This document shows positions 13,501 to 23,741 of a DNA stretch of 64,000 nt, piece after piece (within the stretch, counting starts at the first letter, position 1; the number at the start of each line of letters is the position of its first letter). Source of the DNA: Styela clava (lineage: Eukaryota); assembly GCF_964204865.1 (NCBI RefSeq), contig NC_135260.1, forward strand, positions 8,866,001 through 8,930,000, given 5' to 3'. Under the pieces are notes generated by a model that worked only from the letters and a program-made list of their open reading frames with translations, made no database searches and was not told where the DNA came from. A program made the translations under genes and the position numbers.

Positions 13501-14347
13501 CCAGAAGTAGTAAAAGCTGTGAATGGTAGATGTGATGTTTACTTTGACGGAGGAATTCGTAAAGGAACTGACATCGCGAAAGCACTTGCTCTTGTGGCTA
13601 AAGCCGTTTTCATCGGAAGGCCAATACTTTGGGGTCTTGCTTGCGATGTATGAATGTCTGTATATTTGATTTTAACGTGCAATATAGGTATAACTTCCAC
13701 ACGGTCAAATGCACTGGCAATCTGTACAATACTGCTCATGATTTTTGAGTAGAACTGCCCAGTATGAATGATTGTGCTGGGCGACATGCATGTCGTAGCT
13801 TCTATAAAGCAGTGCTACTCAAAATGGGATTGTTTTTCAACTATATTGCTGCTCGCGTACTACACGCATTTGACACGACATTTTAAAAGTTATTCTGAAA
13901 AGCATCTTGGCCATATCATTAGAAGTAAATGATTCAATCCAAAACCAAAACGATTCTGGTTCCATAACTTTAAGGAAAACGTTTTTGTTTATTGTCCTGT
14001 TAAAACGATTTGATTCTGATTTATTCATTTTCTTCATATAACAAACCTGATAGCAAATTACTATTTGTATAATATTTCACTAATTTGTTAATTTGCAAAG
14101 AAATATTCAACAGGGTGAAGCGGGAGTCAAAAAAGTTCTTGAAATTTTAAAGGATGAACTTGTTACAACCATGCAGCTGTTAGGTGAGATTTTAGAATCC
14201 TCGACAAAAAAATCTGTTGGCGTGATTATGTAGATTTTTCATATCTTATAATATGGTTTCAATTTTCCAGGTGTAACATCGATCAAGGAATTGCAATCAA
14301 CGCCTAATTTGGTTGTTCACGAGTCACGTGTTTTTGCAAAGTTATGA
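10521..14347 (+). CDS. HAO: Peroxisomal FMN-dependent 2-hydroxyacid oxidase (HAO1/HAO2 family), 9 exons, about 371 aa
   Basis: In-frame exons 10521-10657, 10787-10938, 11269-11384, 11865-12010, 12109-12275, 12523-12614, 13489-13647, 14114-14183, 14271-14347. Motifs [48 protein letters not shown]. Ends in the PTS1 signal AKL followed by stop. Confidence 0.92.
12864..13325. mobile_element. Degraded DNA-transposon remnants in an HAO intron (hAT-like end with a pogo/Tc-like fragment inside)
   Basis: Begins CAGTGGTTCCCAAAC, with GGGTCGCGACCCAC near 13310. TACCGTGTTTTTTCGAAAATAAGAC near 12982 resembles a pogo/Tc2 terminus. No TSD found. Confidence 0.4.
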
Positions 14348-14688
14348 AGAAAACAGAAGTTGTGCTATATTATATAGACTAGGGATTAGGTATAGTGTCA
14401 ATAGCTTGAATCATGAGCCTGTCTACTCGATTGATCGACCAAACTATTTTGCTCGTATTCATGGGGCACCTGATATCACGCGAAAATAGGTGAAAACACC
14501 AAAGCCTTGGTAGCTTTAGGTTGAATAACATGTTACGCCTTGATGCATCACTTTCAACTTATGTATATACAGTAGAGGTTGTTTGCATGTTAGCGTTGCA
14601 GTCACGGTTAGTATGTTAATGGGGTAAAATGATTTTTATTAAAAATTTGACTACAAATGAAAGTATACCATTTTAATATATTTTCTGA

Positions 14689-16963
14689 TTATATTTTTTC
14701 ACACAAATACTCTAATATGTCCACCGTACATCTACCGTCATTCAGGTACAGCCTGTTATCTTTTCTAAATAGCAGGGCGCAATCTTCAACTCCTTTGTGA
14801 TTATTTGGTTCTCCAGAAGACCACAAGGAATGATCAACAGTTGAGTCATCGACATCATCGGACCAAATAAATCTTCCTTCTTGTGTAACGTCATCCAGTC
14901 CAATCCAGCAATATGAAATTGAAGCCAATATTCCATTTTGTAGTTTCCTGAACAATCATGTCGTAAAATTATTGCCAGTATAGACAGACAAGATGCATCT
15001 CGTGAATAAATTCGACATTGACATTGCCGTTAATAATCAGACAGACAAGATGCATCTCGTGAATAAAATCGACATTGACATTGCCGTTATTGCATTTTTA
15101 CACCATTATCGAAAAGTTCTTCACCTGGCGGTCTCTTCGGTAATGATTTGAAAACGCTCAGGTCTAATTGAAACATCGTCTCTGAATGGGACTCAAAATA
15201 TAAATTGTAAATCGCTTCATAAACCTGTACTTTCATATAACTAAATGCAAAAGAAAATTTTTATAAGTATTTACTCACTGCCGGACAGTTGCGTCCCTTA
15301 TCCCCGCCGAAGCAAGTCTAGCATTGAATGATTGGCAGCTTTCTTTTGCATCTGGATAACTCATTGTTTCATCGAAAAGTCGATACCAGAAACCGTTGCT
15401 AGCTTTAGTCCAACCTTGTGCCTTCAAACTGAAGTCTTTCAAATCTGAGATATTTCAGGAGATTCCAATTATTGATTGTCACAATATACGCCTTTTTGTT
15501 GTATTGGGACAAGCAGAGTAGATAGTTTGAACTAATGATGATAAATATGTGTGGCATTAAATGACCTTGTATATGATACAAGTTTTAATGAATTATATAA
15601 AACTTGGAACATTGTTGGGAGTACTCATAGTCCGAGCACTAATGTAAAACTGCTATTCGAACGAAAAATGATGTGCTCGACAACTAGTTCAGCCTTAATT
15701 GTGCTTCTGCAATATATTATGCATTTTTGCTTTGTTACACGGGAATATATATATATTTTTCATGAAAGCAACATTTTTCGTTTTGATGTTAAAAATTCCT
15801 TCAACGTTAGGTCACAGATGCTCATTCGGAAAAAAATATAAAAGGCTGTCAAGATTAAGTACATCATTAAACGGAAAACTTAAAAAAATAAACAAACAAA
15901 AATCAATTTTAAAAGCCACATTTAAACTTCCAATGCTGGTTATTTTGCGTTGAAACAAAAACAACTATTTACAGTTTCATCATACAGGATCCGTTATTTC
16001 AAATTGTGTTGATTTTTTTAATTCACGCACACATCTTCATGTAACATTCAGCACAATCATTTTAAGAATTAGCATGAATTTTGCTGATTTTGCGTTGGAT
16101 GTATTTAGTCATCTGTCTTTCGTGTTTATATCTGCAGCAATGATCATTTGTGTGTTATCAAGTTTCACGATATCGAGCTGACGGGCTTAATGTATTTTAC
16201 TAAAGTAATATTATTCGGAAACGGAGTGTTCATTCGGATCCTTTTGCTAAATTCTTTGTTATCGTTTTTATGAAAAAAATAGATACTAACATTTTTATTA
16301 CTAAAAGTTGGTTGAAGTTATTGGGAAGGTATTAGCTTTTCCCTCTTGCTTCCCAATAATTATTTAAAACAAGGGGATGCTTCAATTAAAGTGAGCACCT
16401 TTTTATTTGGTCACACTTGTCCTTATCCTCCTCGGTGGCAGCAAAGTCGAGTTGGATTACTTTTGAGGCCCCACCGTGGTAAGGCACCAATGCATGGTAT
16501 ATATTCTTATTGGTCTCTTGTTTATATAACAGAAATAATACATTTCATCATACTCTAGTTTTCTTTAATAGCGTTACATTCTTAGTATTGATTTACCAGT
16601 TTTATGTTTTTAAGATTAGACTCATCTTATATATTCTGTTTGATTCCTCTTACCAGATAATTCTGTTTGCAGCGAGTCTATTTTTCTTGACACAATATCA
16701 AATTCAGAGCAGTGACAAGGAAGACCTGATTCTCCTGTAGGCCCTGGTAAACCAGGAAGTCCACGATCTCCCTTTTGGCCAATTCTACCGGCTTTTCCTG
16801 GAGGGCCGACAGCCCTTGTAGGGAATTCAAGATTTTGATTTGCTCCGTCCTCGTTTTGATCGCACGAAAGACGACAAGATCCAAGCTCTATACTTGCGAA
16901 CCCCGGAGAAAAACATAATGAACCACAAACTAAGGAGAAAGCAAGTGTAGCTCTTACAGCCAT
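14689..16963 (-). CDS. Collectin-like C-type lectin C2, 3 exons, about 244 aa
   Basis: Exons 16963-16654, 15444-15279, 14947-14689. Signal peptide, CRLSC, 10 Gly-X-Y triplets with GPPGKAG, PCHC neck, CTLD with WIGL, EPN, EDC, LND, YLCE. Confidence 0.92.
14983..15089. repeat. Local tandem duplication of about 50 bp in C2 intron 2
   Basis: GACAGACAAGATGCATCTCGTGAATAAA.TCGACATTGACATTGCCGTTA occurs twice here but once in C3 and C4. Confidence 0.85.
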
Positions 16964-17004
16964 TTGGTTTTAGATTACTTTTATAATATAATGTTTGCCA
17001 TAAA

Positions 17005-17230
17005 ACTCTAAAACGAATACATGCATAATTCGATTAATATTCAGCAACATGTCGCAAGAGATATAATTCAGAAAGAGTCATAATTCTAACAATACCCAAT
17101 CAATCAACCAATCGACAGTCAAAATTTTTTTTATTTTTCAATATTCTGCACTGTTCTCACTTCAGTATGTAAACCAGGATAGCCGAGTAAATACTGTCGC
17201 CTTTTGTCGGGTTAGTTTCATAAAACGTCT
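17005..17230 (-). promoter_or_regulatory. Candidate core promoter, short non-coding exon and 5'UTR intron of C2, with homologous blocks upstream of the relic, C3 and C4
   Basis: On the minus strand: TATA-like block near 17216-17225 (TATAAAA in the relic and C4 copies), ACAGT initiator-like site near 17195, GTGAGA donor at 17160, and a TTTTAG acceptor about 45 nt before the ATG. Confidence 0.35.
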
Positions 17231-18063
17231 CAGAGTTGGGAGTCGGAATCACAATTTCGACAAAGACACACCTGTGATTCAGCTTGATAAATAAAAATTA
17301 AACGCACGATAAGCGCGTGTCTCTTATCTGCTTTTGTATAATATAACTTATATCAATATATTGACTGATTTGCTTCATGTCGTTCGGTTAATGTTTAACT
17401 ATACTTCCTCGTTGGTATTGGTAATTCGTCACCACAAAACTCGAATATTTGTCTTTCAAGTCGAGCGCAAAGGTAAATGACCTTTCTATCTTCCAGATTC
17501 CCAAAACAAGCTTCGTTTGACCACTGCGTCAAGGATGAGCAAAATGTTGTACGGCGGTAAATAAGGGACATTCAATTTTGAAATATCAATCATTTAATTA
17601 TAATATCATATAAATTTTATGTACCACTAATGGTTTATTTCTCGGTAATTGGGCCATTTCTGGGTCCATGAAGTTCTATGAATTCAACTTACTATCCAAT
17701 ATAGTTGGGGATCATCGTATCTTAGTTGTAGCTAAACTTTAGTATTTGACTCAATTCAAATTTTTAATTAGACGCCCTAATCGCATTTTTATACATCCTT
17801 AAAAGGTCAATATGACGTCATAATGTAATCGGTATACCCTCATTGTAAAAGAGGGGCCACACAAATGGCATAGCATAAGGCAGGGATGGCGAACATTTTT
17901 TAATGAAACATATATATATATATTTTTATTATGGAAAAGAAGAAAGTGGTTCATAGATATATGAGATACTTGACAATACAGTAATGAGAAACTCGCTGTT
18001 GCATCGTTTCCGCAATTCACTTAATCCTTGGTTGGTGTTGTGTAGTTTTTCAGCTTTACATAT

Positions 18064-18788
18064 CGTCACGCTAATAACCGAATTGCGTAAGTCATTTTTG
18101 GCGATTTTGAGTTTTTTGTAAAATAGGTATTTATATAATGCTGCGCACTTGTCTGTTAACTCGGATTTTATTTTAAGAATTCCGAAACCCATAAAAATGG
18201 AGATTTAGTATGACATCCACATTTGTGCAATTGTTTCGTCCTAATGAATTATCATTGTTACCGCAGGACTGTTGTGACGTTACAAGGGCAAAATAACCTC
18301 GGCTAAGTGTTTTCGAGTTTTTTCATCCCGGATTTTAGCTTAGCGCTTATTAATTTGAATTTATACTACAGTATAGGAAGACGTGCACTTGTGATATTCA
18401 CTGTCCGAGTCCAATTCACCTTGGTTGGCTTTTATATTGGATGCATTGCTGTTTTATTCTTTATATTTAATCTTATTTCGGTGGGTGTGCAGAACGTGTT
18501 ATATTGATAAAATATATATTTTTAAACGTAAAAAATATTGTAATTAAAACTGATTAGCTATTTTTGGAATCGGACATTGTAGATACTGAGAATTACATTC
18601 GTTTTTGAAAGGTTTAGTTTTCAGGACTGGTGCATATAGTAAAGTTGCAAAATTGCGTATGTCCCCAAGTCATAGACACATTTCTGCCTAAGTCACAGTG
18701 CGCTATTATGACGTCACTTAACTGCGTCATACAAATTAACTTAAATCCGGCTACGATCAAAAAATTAAACCAAGACACATTATTACTG
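18064..18788. mobile_element. MITE (CGTCACGCTAATAACCG family), right TIR deleted
   Basis: Homologous to the complete copy at 46570-47032. The empty site CAGCTTTACATATGCAGC is present in the paralogous spacer near 22993. Confidence 0.85.
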
Positions 18789-18930
18789 CAAAGTATGAGC
18801 TCGTTCCAATTACACTAAAAACGTTCTGCTGCCCTATTTGATTCATGTATTTCTGAAAGAGAACAGCTGTAACAAGACAAATTGCGAGAAATGAACAATT
18901 TAATTTTATTGTTATGATATAAACATTGTT

Positions 18931-18969
18931 ACAAACAATGAAGAGAGCAAGTGTAGCTTTTATAGCCAT
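18931..18969 (-). pseudogene. Collectin relic: only the first 13 codons (MAIKATLALFIVC) and the upstream region remain
   Basis: Matches the C4 start (MAVRAALALFIVC) and its upstream sequence. It is fused directly to spacer sequence that lies about 350 bp downstream of the stop codon in C3 and C4. Confidence 0.85.
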
Positions 18970-19328
18970 TGGATTTTAGATTATCTTTATTATTTATTGT
19001 TTGTCATAAAACTCTAAAACAAATACATGCATAGTTCAAATATTATTCAGCAACATGGCTCAGAAAATATAATGCAGAGAAAGTAATGATTCTGATACAA
19101 CCCAGAACCAATCGACAGTCGAAATTTTATTTATTTTTTAATATTCTGCATTGTTCTCGCTTTAGTATGTAATCCAGGATAGCCGAGTCAAATACTGTCG
19201 CCTTTTGTCGGGTTAGTTTTATAAAACGTCTCAGAGTTGGGAGTCGGAATCACAATTTCGACAAAGACACACCTGTGATTCAGCTTGATAAATAAAAATT
19301 AACGCACGATGAGTGCGTGTCTCTTGTC

Positions 19329-22277
19329 CAGTGGCGGCGCGTGGTCATTTTGACAACCGGGGCAAGCTACTGCCGGACCAAGTCACCCCCATCTACGGGG
19401 ACAGGATGAGCGCTGTAAGTTCTCCCATCATTTTATGAGTATAAAACCCATTCCATCGGTAACAACCAATCGGCAAAAGCGACAATTTTTAACGATAGGA
19501 AAGTGTCTTTAAAACCGGTCCAAGTCAAGGGATTAATAAATATAGACATAGTTTATTTTGAAACCTCTTTCAAAAGGAAAGGCAATATTTACCCAGATAA
19601 ATACAATGACATATTAACAGAAGCTTCGGGAAAGCAGACAAAACCTAAAATAAGGTTTAAAACGTTACTATGAAGAAAGGAAAAGTAATGCAAAGGTAAG
19701 GACATGCGTCGCTCACTCATAGATATATATGCTGCTAGACTTCTACTGCTTGAACATATATGCAAACGCGCCGCGGTTTCTTGGAAGCAAAATGCTCAAT
19801 AACGCGCTGATAAAAGTCATGCATCCCAGAAATAACGTCTCTGTGAATGGATAAAACAGCTAAGGAATTTAATCTATCTTGCTTCATTGTGTTTCTGAGA
19901 TACGTTTTAATACGCTTCAGCGTGCTGAATGTTCGCTCTGCGTCGGCGGAAGAAATAGGCGTCGTCAAAATGATGTCCAGAAATTTTGCAGACGCCGCAA
20001 AGGTAGTTACTAGAGTGTTATCTATGAGGAACCCATAGAGCGCGCAAGTTGATGTGATGTTCAAAAAAGTTTGATTGGTGTATATACATCGCAATTCATT
20101 TTCCAATTTACCCACTTTATCATGGGGTAAAATTTGGAGACAGTAGCCAACAAATGGATGGGAAATTGACGTGCAAATTTTGAAATTTTTGGGGTTCATC
20201 AAAGAGAACGCGGCAAGGTGTTCAGTGCGCAGACGCAGGCGTAAAGAAGCACTCCATGTGTCGTCGTATTTTATTGTTTCCCGGATACGAGATACAGCAT
20301 CGCAGAAGTCTGAAATACACGACTGCACAGACGCTCCATCCATTAGCCTTGACTGCAATGCGCCGTATAATACATCCACGTGATAGAATATCGTGGAGAA
20401 AAAAGCGAGAAAAAATAAAAAATCACCATCTTCTAGCAGACGCTGTAGACCTGCCGCCTCCCTCACAGACCGTTCGTCCCAAACCGGAGAGCTCTGAATG
20501 CCATTGAAACACTCAATGAGCTCAGACCTAATTTCGGACACGCCCTGCACCACGCGTGATTGGAAGTTCCAACGTGTTGGTGCACAAGCTGGGAGACGGC
20601 GGCTACATATCTGTCGAAAGAGGTCAGAGCGCTTCGGCGAAACGGAAAAAATGAAGAAAACCCCGAAACATTTGCAAAAAATATACGGACGAGAGGGGTA
20701 TCAAGACACATATTTTTAATAACGAGGTTAAATTGGTGTGCATAACAATGTAAAAAATGCGCATGAGAAAAATCTTCTTTTATATAAACTTGAACACCAT
20801 GTTTCGACCCACTCATGACTGCCGCGCCGTCATAAGTTTGAGCTATCAATTTTAGCTTCGCGTTGTAAGGCTGTATCACTTCTTTCAGTACAGCCGATAT
20901 CCCGCAAGCCGTGCGATCAACGATTGGTACAAAGCTGTGAAATCTCTCGGTAGGTTTACCATCTTTCACAAACCGAAAAATCACAGCCAGTTGGGAAACG
21001 CACGTGATGTCAGTTGTCTCGTCAGACTGAATCGAAAGGAACTGGCAATTCTCAATTTCCAGAGCCAAATGTTGGAAATAAATTTTATACATTGAGTCGA
21101 GCAAATCATTTTGGATATCCTTAGATGTTCCTTCCGAAACAGTTGCGGCATCAAGATGATCTCTCAATACTGTATCTAGGGATGCGGTGTATTCCACCAT
21201 ATCCGAAAATACCCCTCTATTAGAAGAGCCAGCCCGTTCATCGTGCCCACGGAGGGACAACTCGTGACAACCAATGAACTTTAAAACATCTATCAATCGA
21301 CCGAGAACATGGCGGTTTTTCTCGACGTTTTGGTTGTGCGGACGAATACAAACCGCGCCATCTTCATCCAACTGTGCTGCAATATTAACATTTCCGAATG
21401 TTCGGTATTTTACTGCACTGTCCAGATGCTCCATAGGAGATTGATGATCCCTGGCACGCTCGGAAAGATGTTTAAGATCTCTAAAACCAAATTTACACCA
21501 ACGTGAGTCACGGGCGGTAGCAAAAAGTAGGCAATAAAAACAAAAAAGTGCATTTTTGTCCTCGCTGTAACACAACCATTTGTGTTTTTTATACCAAGTT
21601 TCTGCGCAGAATGTACGCCGACGCTTTCCTCCGTCATGAGATTGTTCCAGTGAACAATTTTTTGGTCGATAAGGCCCAAGTCGTTGTACTTCTAAATTTT
21701 GTTCCAGCGGCAGCTGCGAAAACAGAGTGCGAAGGAGTGCATCAACCTTATTCATTATGAGGTCTAAGGCTAAGAAATGCGAAGCCGGAAAGAAGTGAGC
21801 AGCTCAAAAGGAATGTGAAAAATCGAAAGCAAATGGACTAAAGGTCTCTAACAGATTCAAATAGCGAAACAAGCGACAAAAACGAAGGCGAGGAAACTAT
21901 CAACTCTTCAAGCAACCAACGAACGAGATGGAATGCGTGAATATGTCAACACGTTGTTGTAAGAAACGTCGGCATTGTGTCGTCATAATTTCGGGGCTAG
22001 CCCCGATCGGCCCCGATGATTTAGTAAAAGAAACAGAAAACAAACGAGACAAACGCGGCGAGTGGAACATAAAAGAGAGAATACGATATACAATGAGCAA
22101 TCGGGGCAAGATCGGCGTCGCCCCGTCGACGTTCGGCGAAGGCTTTGCGAGCGAAAAATGAACCATGTCGGGAGAATATGGCTAGTGTAGACAGTCTGTG
22201 CAACCGATATTGAGGTATTTTTCGAATATTTTTTATTATACCGAAAAAACAACCGGGGCAATGGTCCTATTAACGCG
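19329..22277 (-). mobile_element. hAT DNA transposon (Tip100/ZMYM1-like transposase), decayed, one terminus deleted
   Basis: Left end CAGTGGCGGCGCGTG after CTCTTGTC. The right end stops at AACGCG and joins spacer lacking about 20 bp. ACAACCGGGGCAA occurs near both ends. Absent from the paralogous spacers. Confidence 0.9.
19735..21755 (-). pseudogene. Frameshifted hAT transposase
   Basis: TTF-type Zn finger (WLCYSEDKNALFCFYC), LRGHDE, DETTD, YDGA, HCYAH, TRW (in a shifted frame) and dimerization motif PISSADAERTFSTLKRIKTYLRNTM. Frameshift at the T-run near 20646 and a locally shifted segment near 20120-20180. Confidence 0.9.
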
Positions 22278-22836
22278 TTATACCAATATACTGACTAATT
22301 TGCTTCATTGTCGTTCGGTTAATGTTTAACTATACTTCCTCGTTGGTATTGGTAACTCGTCACCACAAAACTCGAATATTTGTCTTTCAAGTCGGGCGCA
22401 AAGGTAGATGACCTTTCTATCTACCAGATTCACAAAACAAGCTTCATTTGACCTCTGCGTCAAGGATGAGCAAAATGTTGTACGGCGGTAAATAAGGGAC
22501 ATTCAATTTTAAAAAATCAATCATTTAATTATGATATCATATAAATTTTATGTACCACCGGTATGTTAGTCGTTGGTACCACTAATGGTTTATTTATCGG
22601 TAATTGGGCTATTTCTGGGTCCATGAAGTTCTATGAATTCAACTTACTATCCAATCTAGTTGGGGGATCATCGTATCTTAGTTGTAGCTGAAATTTAGTA
22701 TTTGACTCAATTCAAATTATTGATTAGACGCCATAATCGCATTTTTAGACAACCTTAAAAGGTCAATATGACGTCATAATGTAATCGATATACCCTCATT
22801 GTAAAAGAGGGGCCTCGCAATTGGCATAACGTAGGG

Positions 22837-23575
22837 CAGGGATGGTGAACCTTTTTTTATTGAAACATATATATTTTTATTATGGAAAAGAAGACAGTCA
22901 TAGATATATGAGATACTTGACAATAATGAGAAACTCGCTGTTGCATCGTTTCCGCAAGTCACTTAATCTTTGGTTGGTGTTGTGTAGTTTCTCAGCTTTA
23001 CATATGCAGCACTTATATCAGGACTGGGACAAATATAATATTACCACCACAAATCTTTCCATGGTTTTAAAAGGGTTTGAACGGGAATTCCACTGAGCAA
23101 AGTATACTTTTCGATTGGCTCCAAATTACGATAAGGTTACTACCATCATGCTCCATTGTTATTATGATTACAGAAGTCGTTAAGTTAGGTCTATAAAACT
23201 TGGTTTCCCATATGGCATTGCATGCGAGAAATAAATAAATTGCAAAGTATGAGCTCGTTCCAACTACACTAAAAACGTTCTGCTGCCCGATTTGATTCAG
23301 GTATTTCCGAAAGAGAACCGCTGTAACAAGACAAATTGCGAGAAATGAACAGATTAATTTTATTGTTATGCCATAAACATTGTTACAACATTGTTGTCAG
23401 GAGCTACATACAGATATAGTTTGCTTATTGTTGGATTGAATCAAGTCGGGTTTTATGATTAATTTCATTGCTTACATGTTACTATGTTCTTTGCATTAAT
23501 CCGTAACTTGGCGCGTCTAAGAAAAAACATGGCTGGTCACCTTGTGACCCGCGGGTCAGTGATTCGCCATCCATG
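22837..23575. mobile_element. Old non-autonomous hAT (Charlie/Buster-like) embedded in the repeat spacer; copies at 27155-27743 and from 17881 (truncated)
   Basis: Ends CAGGGATGG(C/T)GAAC...TTCGCCATCCATG, with degenerate nnnTAnnn flanks (ACGTAGGG/GCTTAGGC; GCATAGGA/GCCTAGAC). A related end lies near 9064-9130. Confidence 0.5.
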
Positions 23576-23741
23576 GCTTAGGCTAGGGTCCTCATTGTCA
23601 AAATCAAGCCCTGATTTAAGAGAAATGTTTGTGTTTAATGCTATGTTAAAAAGAATTGAGTTTCTGTGTATGATATTATGGTGAAATGATTTGTTCTAAA
23701 AATTTGATTTTGAATGAAACTAATTTTTCCATATTTTCTGC

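Noticed and set aside
15551-15841. 96-aa ORF repeated at 24544
   Set aside because: Antisense within duplicated intron 1. The similarity reflects recent duplication and the ORF has no coding motifs.
21900-22261. Overlapping short ORFs at the 5' end of the hAT
   Set aside because: GC-richer subterminal sequence with no recognisable domain.
23083-23092. NF-kB-like GGGAATTCC in a collectin spacer (and GGGAAATCCC near 42568)
   Set aside because: Present in only one spacer, inside a transposon remnant or an unrelated intron. Expected by chance.
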